Positions 48,351 to 61,760 of a stretch of DNA of 64,000 nucleotides are shown one piece after another. A program made the translations under genes and the position numbers. The notes below the pieces were generated by a model. The model was not told the origin of the DNA and ran no database searches. It saw only the letters and a list, made by a program, of their open reading frames with translations. The number at the start of each line of letters is the position of its first letter. Positions within the stretch are counted from its first letter, which is position 1. Source of the stretch: Sphaerodactylus townsendi (Eukaryota); NCBI RefSeq assembly GCF_021028975.2, contig NC_059428.1, forward strand, positions 992,001-1,056,000, given 5' to 3'.

Positions 48351-49597
48351 CATGGGGGGGGGGGTATCAAAGAATGCTAATAGCAACCCTGTACTCTGAG
48401 CGACAGCCATGCCGCAGTGGGGAAGTGGGGTCAGGTGGCTCAGAGAGCAGGACAGGGTGTCCAAGATCCTGCCCATCCGAGCCTGCAGTCTCACCATGCC
48501 AGGCACGAGGCTCTTGAGATGGTAGCAGACAGACCCTCCCTCCAGCAATCCACTCGAGAGATGGACTCCAAGCACTCATGGTGCCCCTACAGGTACTCCC
48601 ACAACTCAATGGCTGCCCACGTGGCTGGCTGGCCTGGCCTGGAAACAGGGCCGGCTTCACTGTCAGTGGGATGAACACACACAGAGTGACTGGGGGAGGG
48701 GGAACATGAGGGGCTGATCACACCACTGGGGGGGGGGCACCACATCCTTTCCACTTGGGTGCATCTCTGTCAGTGGCAGGAGGGGACTGGGCAGAGGCGA
48801 CGAAGAGTGTTGGGGAGTGCTGATGGTCCCCTGGCCCCAAGCTGCTATCAGTGATGGTCAGCAAGTGTGGAACCATGGAGACAGCCACATGCTCTGCACA
48901 GGAGGGGCAAGAGCAAGTCCTGGATGGCTGTAGGGTCCAGAGATGCCCAAGCACCCTGGTGCCCTGCATCTGCTGCTGGCCCGCCCCTCACAGCCAGGCC
49001 TTTTTCGGTTCTGGCCTCACCTGGTGGAAGTCTCTGTCTACTCTAGTGAGACCCAGGCCCTGAGAGACCTGGCCAGTCACGTAGATACGGGGGAGGGGGG
49101 GTCCCAGGCCATTGGGATCACCGGTGGGGTGTGTGTGTGGAAAATCGCCCCCACACCCTTCCCTGCTAGAGGCTGCTGCTGGGTGCCCCTGCCTGGCCCC
49201 ATCCCACCAGCCAGGCCCTGTGGCCTGGAGCAGCCTCAGCGGCCTGGGCCGTGGGGTTGGGCGATGCCCCAGCCAGGCTGCTTTTACAGCCAACTGCTCT
49301 TTGCACGAAGGTAAGTGGAGGGGGGGGGTCGGTGGGGCCGTGGCGTCATTTTGCCCCAGGCACTATTTTTGATAGCGTTGTCAGAAATAAATCCATTTCT
49401 GATCTATGTTTCTAAATAAAATGAAACTTTATTTTGTTTTTCTGTAGTTTAGACAGAAATACCTTCTGTATTAGATAGAAGATAGGATTTGTTCTGTGTT
49501 TGTATAAACTCTCCTCTCCTCAAGGCAGAAATGCTGGTGACAGCCCAGCCTTGCCCCACCTTGGTATGTCCTTTTCATTCACAAAACAGAGACCAGG

Positions 49598-52500
49598 TGT
49601 AAAGGATTCAATGGTGTTGATGAGCGGGTCAGCCGCCTGGCCTTGACTACATTCCACAACCCGGGCGATGGGCCAGCTTCTGCCGCGGAGACCTTATCTC
49701 TGCGAGGGAGATGAGACCTCCGTTCCCATGGGAATCCGGGAGGGGGGATGGGATGGACACAGAGGATTATAACCTGTGCATTTCTGAAGGGAGACCTTAT
49801 TCCTACCACGTAGTGTATGCATTGAGCTTTCTAAGATGTCTGAATAAAAGCGGTCTTTTACACCCAAAAAAGCCTTTTGGCTACTGCAGCTATGGAATTC
49901 CGCCCATTGTGGCAGGAATCCTAGTTCATCTATGCTTCCTAGTGCAGTGGACCTCTGGTGTCTCGACATGGAGAGGTTGAATATTTCCTGGCGGAAAGTC
50001 TGTTAGCCCCCAAAGAGGGCTCTGAGCACCGCTTCTGGATTTAGAGGAACCTTACGTGGGAAGCGGGTCTCGCTGGTAACTCTTTCCCGTCCTGCGTATC
50101 ACGACACGAGTCTTCCCTTACTCGGCGTTGGGACGAGGGACGAGGAGACGGTCATGTGGACGTGCATGAGGCGTTTGGGGCGCTGTCTATGGATCGAGCG
50201 CCTGTGGATTAGGATATCTGCCCATTTCGATTATTGGATTACCAAACCTCAGACAGATGCAGCCTGTCGAGGAGGAGGCGGCTCTGACCACCTTCCATCG
50301 CGGCAACACAGGAGTCCATGGAGCGATTCCTGGACTCGTATTTTGCTGATGCTCCCAAGAATCCACCGTGGCCCCCAGATCCCGGATCAGCAGAAACACC
50401 TAGGGTGCCCAGTGGAATACCGGTGGGCAGCGCGATGTCATACGTTCTGGTGAAGGGGAATCCGAAGAAAGCCTGCATTCCCACCCGGATCTATACCCCC
50501 TCCCATCAAAGAGAGAGGCTGGGATGAGGAAGTGGGCCGACTGCGGGATGCCCAAGAAGCATGGACCGATGAGCTTCCAGCTATGGGAAGAGGAACGAGA
50601 GCAGCTGCAGCAGGAGGGCGTGAAAACCTGCAAAGAGACCGGGAACAGCAGGCGCCGAAATCCAACTTCCGGGTTGGACCGTGCCAAAGGCCAGCTGCAG
50701 CGGCAATATGTGCAGAACCTATCAGTCCATGATAAAGTCCTGGAACACTCCAAACTGGACTTACAAGCGTCAACGAGCAAGCGTTCAGACCTCGTCATAC
50801 GCAAAGTGAATTAACTGCAGCTGTTCAGCGAAGCGAACTGGCCAAACTGGAGCGAGAGAAAGCAGCTTTGCATGCGCACCAGGATGCGATGACTGGCAAG
50901 GAGAGAGAGCTAGCCGCCTTGGAAAGGGAACTGAAGAAACCGGCAGAACAAGTTTTAAGAAGTTTAAGGTCCTCGCTGTCACTGGGTACAGCTAACGCCA
51001 GAGGGGCGACGCTTGTTGGGTCCTGCTACTTTCAGCTGCGATCTCAAGCCACTCTTTCCAAGGACCGGCTCCCACCAGAACACCAAAGCGGCACCGACGT
51101 TGGTACCTCCACTCTCTCCACCGATTCCGGCCCCCCCTGCGCCGCTGCTCTCAACCTGCGCTAGAACCGCGCCCTTAGCGGAGCGCCAAGGGCCCGCGTG
51201 GAGAGAGGGATATTACAGACCTCCAATACCTGCCTCGTTTGCGATAGGGGACCGCTTCCAAACTTCCCTACTTCATCCTACAACTTCGATGCCCACATGG
51301 AGGGACTATGACGATTTATACCCGTGGGTCTGAACGCTGTGCAATCACGGGACATCGGGTTCCGTCTTTGGATGGGGCGGCAGCCCGACTGGTTTTAATG
51401 ACTCTTTTGAATCTGCAAGATGAGGATACTCGCATACCGGTGCCGGCGTTCCTCAAAGCCTTTAAGGGGCTGCGGCCTTCCAAGATCCGGGTGCTGAAAT
51501 GAAGCCATCCGGGCACCTATCAAATCTTATTCAGCAAGGCTAAACCGCTCGTTTGCAGAATTTGCCCGTGGAATTTCGTGCGCGGCTGCTCGAGCTCCCT
51601 CCTGAAGTGGCCTGAGCGCATGAAATGTGAATACTTCTCGGATGCTGCTTCGACCCGGCAAACTTCTGGCGTGGAAACGGTGTTCCCTAATTCGGATCCC
51701 CCCCCGCACTATTGCTGATTGGATCGACTTGGGATCCCAGGTGGCGTCTCGTTTGGAGTACGCTCGTGCCGGGGGCCACCCTTGCGCCCAAAACCCACCG
51801 CTGCGACCCCTAAGTCAAGCTTCCAGCAACTTCTACCGAGGACTCACTCTCCGAGCTGCCGTCGCCGTCTGGGATTGTGTCTTTACTGGGCGGAGGACCG
51901 GGTCATCCCTAGCCGCTTCAACTGCCCGAAGAAACAGAAGCCAACCGCTCCGGCTCGACGCGCACTCCCATCTGCCAAGCCACCACGCCAAATCCGGGCC
52001 GCCCCCAACGGGCTCGTCTAAAGGGAGTTACAGAAGGCGCACCCGGAGGAGGGGGAAGCAGCTGTTTGCCCTCTCTTCAGCCCCCATGGATATGGGTTCG
52101 ACTCCAGATCGCGGTGAGTGAAGGCAGCGCTCCCATTACGATTCAAAGACCGCTTCTGGCCAACCCCGGCTTAAGCATACTCGTATTATAATAGCCTGCG
52201 GCCCTTGTAGATTCTGGGTGCTCCCATTTGTTTTTAATGCGGCCCCAGGTGGCGGAGGAATTAGGTCTCAGACCGGTAGTCCCCTGGCTAAGCCTATACC
52301 CGCTTCACCCAAATGGACGGCAGCCCTCTCTCTCGGATCGGAAAGGACCGGCCCAGTTCAAAACGCATGACCGGTTCTCCTCCGCTAAGTGCTGACCATT
52401 TAGGGAGAAAATTAGTTTATTATTTTGAAAGGCGCCAGTGGCCAAACACTCCATAGTTCTGGGCATGAGACATGGATTTGTTGTTGCATGAACCAAAATT

Positions 52501-55500
52501 CATTTGGAAAGAAAGGATCTTAGAATTCACTGACCCTCCCTCGCGGAGAACACATGAATTGGGGGGGGAAAACTTCGGCTTCTCCCTGACATACCCCGGC
52601 TTCATCAGCAATGCAGCTCCTAATTGCTTCGATTCTACCGGCATTCCAATCCCGGCTTACCAGGATTGTAGCCAGAGTATTTCCAGGAGCAAAGAAGTCG
52701 ATCAAATTTGCCTTACCCCATACAGAGACACTGACTGCAAAATCGTGAATACAGCCAGAGGCTTAACTGCCCAAAGGTAGAGATCTACGCGTATGATCCC
52801 AATGAGGAGAAGGAACTTCGTGCCTTCCTAGACAAGAACCTCGCATTTCACATCGGGGTTCATACGGCGGGCTACCAAACACACACATGCTGCTCCTGTA
52901 TTGTTTGTTAAAAAAAAGGATGGATCTTTATGGCTCTGCACAGACTACCGAGGACTCAATGCGGTCTCCCTGTCCAATAAATACCCTTTGCCATTAATCA
53001 AGGACCTTTTAGATGCATTGGGCAAGGGACGCATTTTTACTTCAAGTTGGACTTGGAGAGAAGCTTACTACAGGGTCAGAAAATTGCGGAAGGCTATGAA
53101 CATTTGACTGCATTTTAACCACCGCGCAAATTTGGGACAGTTTGAGTGCCAATAATGCCATTCCGGGTTAAGTTATAGGGCCCCCGGAGCTTTTATGGCC
53201 CTTATCAACGAAGTTCCTCCATGATTTATTATACACAAGGGAGTAGTGGTGTACTTAGATGACGTTTTAATTTATTCACAAACCATGGAGGAGCATGAAG
53301 CATTGGTTAGGGAAGTATTGAAGCGCTTGCTCAACAACTCCTCTTTGCCAAACTTTCTAAATGCTGTTTCCACCAAACCTCTATCGACTATTTGGGTTAC
53401 GGATCTCTCGAGGGCTAAAAATGGATCCTGCTAAGGTTGATGCAGTCCTCAATGGCCTGCCCCCACCAATCGAAAGGAACTCCAATCTTTCCTAGGGTTT
53501 GCTAATTTCTATCGTGACTTTATACCCCAATTCGCTGAACTGACTCTCCCACTCACAGACCTCTTACGCACTAAGGGTAAAGATCCACAGGCTGCCAAGC
53601 CCGGGACCCCTTTCCTGGTCTAAAGAATGTCAGACAGCCTTTCAGCTTTTAAAATCAGCTTTACTACCGAACCTATCCTGAAACACCCTGACCCAGATCT
53701 CCCGTTTGTGGTTCACGTGGATGCCTCGGACAAAGCGCTTGGGGCAGCCCTGTTGCAGAGAAATAAAGATGATTGGCTGGTTCCGTGTGCTTATTTATCA
53801 AAGAAATTCTCCGGTGCTGAGCTCAACTGGACTGTAGGGGATAAAGAGACTGCGGCCATCAAAGTAGCACTTTCCACTTGGCGCCACTGGTTGGAGGGCT
53901 AAACACCCCTTTCAAGTTTGAGTCGGATCACAAGAACTTGGCCGCCCTCTCCACCCCTCAAGATGTCCGCGAAGCAACTCCGTTGGGCGATTTCTTTTCG
54001 TTTCTCTTTCACTGTCCATTTTTTCCCCGGAAAAACCAATAAACTGGCTGATCGCGGCTTTGGCGCCTACCCGGGGAGGGGTGGAGCTGCCTTACGGGAT
54101 ATTCAGCGCACTGTTCTCTCCCCCTCCCAATTGGGGCTAGCTGTCACCCGATCTCAGACGTCCACTCCTCCTTCTCTACCCATTCCCAGCCTGGTCTCTC
54201 CTTTCCTACGGGAACTCGAGGAGGCGGGGCTGCGCGAACCACCAGCGGAGGAAGGTGACTCCCAATTGCGCCTGGAGAATGGTGTTTGGCGGCGGGGGAA
54301 TTGTTGGTGCGATGCCTCCCCTCCGTAAGCAGGTTCTCGAGGCCTGTCATGATGCCCGCTCGGCTGGACATTTTGGCTTCCTAAAACTCTGCATTTGGCC
54401 CGCCGGCAATTTTGGTGGCGCGCAATGCGCCAGGACATTGAGACATATATTAAAGGTTGCTCTGTTTGTCGCGGAAGCCAAGAGCGTTCCGGGAAAACCC
54501 CATGGTCTGTTGAAACCTCTCCCGGGCGCCTCCCGCCCTGGAGAAGTCATCTCCATGGATTTTATTACGGATTTGCCAGAAAGCCAGGGCAACACGGTCT
54601 TGTGGGTGGTAGTGGACTTATTTTCTAAACAAGCCCATTTCATCCCATGTGCTTCCATCCCCTCCGCTCCTAAGTTAGCGCGTCTGTTCATTCAGCATAT
54701 TTATCGTCTACACTCCGCCCGCGTTAAGGTGGTCTCGACCACGCGGGCCACAATTCATTTCAAAGTTCTGGAAAGCTTTTCTGGGTTTGTTGGGGGCCGC
54801 CCGGTTGCCGCCCTACGTTCAAAGTGGCCGGTGAGACAGAGAGAACGCACAGAATCCTGGGGCAGTATTTACGATGTTACACCAACTACCACCAAGACAA
54901 TTGGTGCGAGCTAATTCCGTTTGCAGAATACGCCTATAATAATGCGGTTCATAGCAGTACAAAAAGACCCCGCCGAAATTGTGTCGGTCGCTCCTTCCCG
55001 CCGTTGCCGCAACTACCTGCGGAAGCATTGGATCCTCGGGAGTTTGAGCAGTGGATTTCATCTCTGGCGGAGGGGTGGAAAACGGTCCAGTCCGCCTTAC
55101 ACCAGGCTAAAGACTCCCAAAAACTTCAAGCGGATAAGCACCGCTTTCGGATTTCCCTTTGCGTGTGGGAGCCTGGGTGTATTTGTCTACCAAAAATCTC
55201 AGAGACGTGCATAAATTTTCAAAACTAGGCAAAGATTTGTGGGACCTTTTCAGATTACTAAAGTGATTAATGATGTCACTGCCCGATTGGACTTGCCTAA
55301 TTCTCTAAGTAATATCCATCCTGTCTTCCATTCCAGTTTACTCAAGGAGGCTCCCGTTTCCGATGCCTGGCACGACCCGCCGGAGAGACCCCCACCGACT
55401 ATAATTGATGGCCACAAGCATTACGAAATTGACGCCATCCTGGACTCTCGTTTTAATCGCAAACGCTTGCAATATTTAGTCTCTTGGGTGGGGTATTCCT

Positions 55501-55915
55501 CTGGGTATAATCAATGGGTTTATTCCGAAAATATTGACGCCCCCACCCTCATTTCTGCTTTCCATCACACCTTTCCGCACAAACCTGGGGGGGAGAAGTC
55601 TTTTTTAAGGGAGGCAGAGTGTAAAGGATTCAATGGTGTTGATGAGCGGGTCAGCCGCCTGGCCTTGACTGCATTCCACAACCCGGGCGATGGGCCAGCT
55701 TCTGCCGCGGAGACCTTATCTCTGCGAGGGAGATGAGACCTCCGTTCCCATGGGAATCCGGGAGGGGGGATGGGATGGACAGAGTTATAACCTGTGCCTC
55801 TGGCGGGAGACCTTATTCCTGCCACGGCGTGTACGTGAGCTTTCTAAGATGTCTGAATAAACGGTCTTTTACACCCAAAAAGCCTTTTATTTCTGCTTCT
55901 ATGGAATTCCTTACA
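49598..55915 (+). mobile_element. Full-length Gypsy chromovirus (Tf1/sushi-like), element C
   Basis: LTRs 49598-49906 and 55620-55915; TSD CCAGG; gag Zn-knuckle remnant near 51875; protease ALVDSG near 52200; RT YLDD, RNase H, integrase and chromodomain, all broken by many indels. Confidence 0.93.
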
Positions 55916-56699
55916 CCAGGCTTGTAACAAAGGAAACCCCAGAAGACGGACATCAGCTTCCCTTAATCTCATCACCCAGCAGATAAGGGGTGCCGCACCC
56001 TTAGGTTTCGTTTCCTGATCTCATCAGTAAATCCTTTGTGTTTTTCCCGCCTTGGATTTGACCGCGCCTATGTCAGCGCCTCGCTCTGAATCCACTGCGA
56101 AATTCAAGAAAGGACTGCCCTCTGGAATGTGATTGGTTCTTCTTTTGTTAATGAATGGTGGTGGGTTGTACCGAGGTCTCCCGGTTTTCCCGGCAGGAGA
56201 AAGCGTTTACATAGCCTTGTGAAGCTGCTAGGCAGCGCGGTTGCTGTGGAACGAGGGTGCTGACACTTAGGTCAGCATCGCAATAAAGAATCTTTATTTG
56301 TTTACTATACTCGCTGTGTTGGGTCCCGGTTTCTGTTCCTTCACGCTACCGAGAGCTGAAATCACATTGAAAGCAATAAAGTTACCCGGGTGGCGTGGTA
56401 ACATTTTCTCCCCCTACATCACTGGACCCGGCTCAGTTCTGCAGGGCGGGCACATTCTGTCAGGCCTACTATAGTCGAAGACTTACAAAAGCTGCTGGCC
56501 TCTCTCTCTCCCCTCTTTTTGCTGGATGCCACCAATGCACATTGTCCCAAACAGCCGTTCTGGGGTCTCCTAATTTTATTTGCCCCTAAAATGTACATCT
56601 AAGCACAACATGAGGGGCCCCATATTATACAGAGACCGACAGAACACTGGCAATGATTTCATGGATGTCATGTAGTAGCCTCTTGTGACACGTGATGAA

Positions 56700-56960
56700 A
56701 CTCTTCCTCGGGCGCAACGGCTGCCCTGGCGCTGGCCTGGCAGCCTCCCTGAGACCGCAGGAGGGCGGCTGTGCGCGGCGTCCGACCAGGGGACCTGCCC
56801 AAGGGTTCGCTCGCGCGCGCGCGGGCTGCTGCCGAGAGCGCCGCCGCCGCCACCGGGCTGCCCCCCGCCCGCATCCCCGGCCTGAGCTCCCGCTTCCAGG
56901 CGCTTCTGAATCCCGGGCGGGCGGGCGGGCTGGCATGAATGAGCCCCCCCCCCCCCCCCC

Positions 56961-56993
<33 letters not shown>

Positions 56994-57768
56994 CTGGCCG
57001 ACCGCAGGCAACCATCTGCGCCCGCCGGGGAGCCAGCGGGGGCGCTCTTTCTCGGGGCCACTCCACGTGCAACTCCACGACACCCGCGCAGGACGCCGCC
57101 GCCGCCGCCGCCGCCGCCGCTCAAAGCCTCTTCCTGCCCGACGGAGGCCGGTGCGGCTGCCCCGGGCGGCTCCCCTGCGAGGGCGCCCTCCTTCCTCCGC
57201 GCAGGCGCAGGCCTGGCCACTGGCGCGGAGACCCCTGGCAGGGCAGCTTCGGCGAGCCGTACTGGGCATGCGCCGCTGCCAACCGCGCACGCGCAGGAGC
57301 AGTGGGGTGGGGTGGCCGGCGGGGGTGCCGGGCCGCCCAGGATTTCCGCCGCTGTCTTCCCAGCAGCTCTGCCAGGTAGGCCGGACGGGGCTCAGGGCCA
57401 GCGCCCCCCGTTGGCTCCTTGGCCGCGGCTTCTGCTGCTGCGCCCCCCCCCCCCCGGCTGGGCGCCGCGGGCTTGTTGCAGCTTTGCTGAACCCGACGAC
57501 CGGCCCCAAACCGGCTGCGCTCCTGCCGCGGAACTGCTGCTTTTCCGGCGGCCGAGGATTCGGTCCTCCGGAAGCCAAAGAGCACAGCCCCCAAACCCCG
57601 CCCCCGCCCCACTGAAGGCGTTCCGGCCGCGCGAGGTGCCCTCCGGGAGGCTCTGGCCGCTTTGAGCCGGAATGATGGGTCTGGCCGCGGCAGGAACCCT
57701 CCGCCCCCGCCCCGCCCCGGCTCCTGATGCCCGGCTGCCCCCCGCCCCCCCTCTGCTTTCCCTTCCAG
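56700..57768 (+). promoter_or_regulatory. DHX34 CpG-island promoter, non-coding first exon and intron 1
   Basis: NRF1-like GCGCAGGCGCA 57199-57209 and GCATGCGC 57266-57273; donor CAG|GTAGG at 57376; acceptor at 57768; (CAG)n and (GCC)n runs. Confidence 0.6.
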
Positions 57769-57839
57769 CTCTGCCCCCGCCGCCTGGCAAGGAGCCAGTG
57801 GGCAGCCCGGGAGGGCCCTGAGGACTCGCCCGGCCAGAG

Positions 57840-58430
57840 ATGGAGCGGCCCAGGGAGGAGCGGGACTGGGCCTGCCCTGCCAGGCGGGCCCTCCTGGAGG
57901 AGACCCACTTGCCAGCGAGCATGGCGGCCGGAGAGAGGAGCGAGTTCTGGGCCTTCTGGGAGAGGCTGCGGGGCTTCTGTGGCCCCAGGACTGGGAGGGG
58001 TCCGCCAGGCGCTTGCTGCCCACCCTTGCGGCCCGGGCCAGAGTATGATTCCTGCTTGCGCATAAACCTGCGGCGGCCAGGGCGGGAAGTGCCGGGCGTG
58101 CCGGGCGACCGGGTGCGGGAATTCCATTGGGCCCTGCTCCGCTTCTTGGACTTCCGGCAGAAGCGCAGTTTCTCCCGCCTGGCACAGCTGCAGAGGGAGC
58201 GGGCTGCCTTGCCCATTGCACGCTTCCGGGAGCCACTGCTTGCGGCTGTGGCCAGGAACCAGGTGGTGGTGGTGGCTGGAGACACAGGCTGCGGCAAGTC
58301 CACCCAGGTACCACAGTTCCTCCTGGATGCCGGATACACCCACGTGGCCTGCACACAGCCCCGGCGCATCGCCTGCATCGCCTTGGCCAAGCGGGTGGCC
58401 TACGAAAGCCTGCAGCAGTACGGTAGTCAG
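57840..58430 (+). CDS. DHX34: DEAH-box RNA helicase DHX34, first coding exon
   Basis: DWACP...EFWAFWERL...LQRERAALPI...GDTGCGKSTQVPQ...TQPRRIA. Confidence 0.95.
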
Positions 58431-58671
58431 GTGGGGCAATCGGGAAGGGCCTTGGAGGGTGGGAGTGAGCCTCGGGCCAAGAATGAGGTCACATGAGGAT
58501 GGGGAAATTAACCCGTGTTGAGGACTTTCCAATCAGCCAGCCCACAAAGCCTCCAGGATGGCATCTCTTTCACCCCCTGTAATTTTCTGCCCACCCTGTT
58601 TTCTTTCACTTGCTCTTAGGGCTGCCTCTGGCTGAAGCCTGAAATGTCTCTCTCTCCTGCCCTTGGCACAG

Positions 58672-58983
58672 GTTGGCTACCAGATCCGCTTCGAGAGCAC
58701 CCGCTCCTCGGCCACGCGGATCGTCTTCCTGACGGAAGGGCTGCTGCTGCGCCAGGCCCAGCGGGATCCCACACTGTCTGGCTACCATGTGCTGCTTGCA
58801 GACGAGGTTCACGAACGGCGCTTGCATGGGGACTTTCTCCTGGGGCTGCTGCAGAGGCTTCTGCCAGCCCGGCCCGACCTGAAGCTGGTGCTCATGTCCG
58901 CCACCATCAATATCCAGCTGTTTGCTGATTATTTTGGGGGGGCCCCCGTGATTCAAGTCCCTGGCCGGCTCTTCCCCATCACG
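58672..58983 (+). CDS. DHX34: DHX34 exon
   Basis: VGYQIRFE...DEVHER...MSAT...VPGRLFPIT. Confidence 0.96.
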
Positions 58984-59266
58984 GTGAGGGGCTCTTCTGG
59001 GGCAGGGCAGAGTAGTTGTCTTCAGGTGAAAGATTCTTTTTGGGGGGTGGGGGAAGAGGTGTGGGTGGAATTGTTTTCCTACGTCGAAATCTGCACTCTC
59101 TTTCTTCCCGGTTTCAGCATATACAGTTTCAGCAGGAGCAGTCTGTATATTTGCCAGCTTTGTTCCAATGACGATGAGGAAAGTTGGTTTGAAGATGAAG
59201 GCTCAGGCAGCCCTCTAAGTCTGTGCAGAAGTTCATGGCTTGCCTTCTGTCTGCCCCTCCCCCCAG

Positions 59267-59524
59267 GTCCTGTATGAACCCATCTCCCCTGAGGAGGGGG
59301 CCAGTGGGCATAAGGACCGACTGGATCCCCGGCCTTACCTGCGTGTCCTACAGGCTATTGATCACAAGTACTCTCCGGATGAAAGAGGCGATCTGCTCAT
59401 CTTCCTCAGTGGCGTAGCTGAGATTGCGGCCGTGGTAGAGGCTGCCCAGACCTATGCTGCTCACACCCAGCGCTGGGTGGTTCTTCCTCTGCACAGCACC
59501 CTCTCTGTAGCTGAGCAAGACAAG
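59267..59524 (+). CDS. DHX34: DHX34 exon
   Basis: ...[11 protein letters not shown]...GDLLIFLSG...[14 protein letters not shown]. Confidence 0.96.
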
Positions 59525-59949
59525 GTGAGGAGGGGCTGGGCTGGGCTGGGCAGCCTCTCTTGAGCAGGATGGATGGGGGTGGGGCAGACGGGGCCAGCAC
59601 ACACGTTTGCCATGGAAAGAAATTGGTGGTGGTGGGGAGTCCATTGATGAGTGGTGGTGGTCTTCATCCTGGACTGGGTGGAATTAAAGAAGAAATCCAG
59701 ACCTAACTTTGGAGACCCAAGCGGCTTCCCTGATGCCAACCACTTTCCCAGGTTAGGGTGGGGTGCCCCTCCTGTGCCGAGAGCACTTTGTCCCTAAACT
59801 GGACACGCTAAACTGCCAGGTCCTGGTAACACCTGAGTGAGCTTCCTGCAGCACGTTGCTTGTGGGTCTGTCCTTGAAGATGATCAGGAAATGTTGGTTT
59901 GGAGCCACAGGGCCAGTCCCTCACTAGAAGTAACAACTAGCCAGTATTT

Positions 59950-61760
59950 TAAATATTTATTATTATTTTTAATATAAAAACAATATGAAAGCATAGGTCT
60001 GGGCAGCCTCTATCCAAAAAGATACAACAAACCAATTAGAAAACATATGTTAACTAATATTCAAAAAACGTAAGCCTATATAAACAAATAACAAATAGAA
60101 TGAATCTTATTTTTTTAACAATATAGACCTGATACAAATTTGAGGGAGAGAGTTCCTTTTGTCTCACTTATTTCACCTATTATTACTAATAACACCAATA
60201 ATGTTTTCGTTCAACTTTTCTAATTATGTTGTTAATCCCAAAGACACATATTTAAAACAAGTCAACAACATACAAAAAATATAATTCCTGCTTTTCATCA
60301 AACTCATGTTTTGACTGTCTGTTTACAAGATTTGTTAATTTAGCCATTACTTTCCAAGGTTTCTGTATTCGAACATCTTTCGGCTTTCCACCTAGATAGA
60401 TGCCAGTGTTACTTTGGCTGCCGTTAAAAAATACAGACATAATTCTGTATGTTCCTTTGAGAAATTCTCCGGAAGGACACCTAATAACATTGTCTTTGTA
60501 TTGATTGGAAAATTAATCTTCAGTATTTTTTGCATTTGTATTTGTATCCAAACATTTGTATCCAAACATTTTACTTTTTTTGCAGGTGTACCACATATGA
60601 GCCCCTAGAGGGAGAGTGGTATATAAATTGAAATTGAACAAATAAAATGGCCCAACTACTTGGCATTTCCAGCAAAGACCCGTAAAGTTTTTACTCATCT
60701 TCATAATATCTTTTGGGGTCACATACCAATTTATACAATTTTAAACATTTTATGCTAATTCTTGCCCTGTGTTTGGTAGATTGTAAATTGAATGTTTTTG
60801 GACCATAACAACTTCCGTTATTGGGAAGATATATCTTTAAAATTTTGCATCCATTTTGCCATACAGTCTTTTACTTGTTCCAGTTCAGTATCATACTTAA
60901 GCAGAATGTCATATATTCTTCTCAACAGGTATTTCTTCTGTGAAGTAATCTTTTTCAAACACTGTCATGTCTCTTAATGTTGTTCCCAGTGTTTTCAGTT
61001 CTCTTCTGAGTCTTGACACTAGTTGAAGGTATATCAGCCATTGTATTCTCTTTTTTTGTCTTTTATCTTTTGCCACAACTTGATTACCCCCTGCAGACTA
61101 ATCATTTCTTTATAAATTATATTATCATTATTCTTTCTTGTCTCTGTCATAATATGCTTCCATAGGGGATTTTAAAGGAGAAACTGGAGTATATATATTT
61201 AGTCCAAAGTCGTCTCCTTATTACATGAGTGTCTTTTCTGATCAAGTCTTCATTCCAGTTTTTCCCTCCATAGCTAACTATGTATTCCTGCTTTCTAGTC
61301 TGCTGTTTCTAATGGTATAATTCTGTGATCTGGGTTTTTAATCCGATCTGAAATCCATTCAGGACCCGCAGCTTGATAGTATAATTTAATATTAGGCACA
61401 GCTAATCCTTCTCTTTTGTCATAGAATTCTAGAGTTGTAAGAGACCCCAAGGGCCACCCAATCCAACCCCCTGCCATGCAGGAACGCACAATCAAAACAC
61501 TCCTCACCAATGGCTATCCAGCCGCCTTGTAGCATCTTGTAATACCTTAAATCTTATTCAGATAAATGTATTGACCTGACTTTGTCATTCCTTCAAGATT
61601 TTTCCCCTGTATATATATTGGCAACATTTGAAATAAAAAGTTCAGCTTTGGCAGAACATTCATTTTGACACCGGCATTGTTTCCTAGCTATGATCCCTTC
61701 AATTTGGACCATCTTTGTAAAAATCTTGTATTTTTTCCATGTTACTGCATAAAGGTATTA
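59950..61760 (-). mobile_element. Degenerate L1/Tx1-type LINE 3' region with a small CR1 tail (about 61420-61525)
   Basis: GLAVPNIKLYYQA and CWKC...HMWYTC zinc-knuckle remnants; AT-rich. Confidence 0.65.

Noticed and set aside
49379-56403. Possible older solo LTR interrupted by element C
   Set aside because: TG...CA ends and AATAAA are present, but there is no matching TSD
56692-56752. GTGATGA...CTGA C/D-box-like pair
   Set aside because: No terminal stem, guide sequence or intronic context
56625-58532. 635-aa minus-strand ORF
   Set aside because: Antisense shadow of the DHX34 exon and CpG island; low complexity, no recognisable domain
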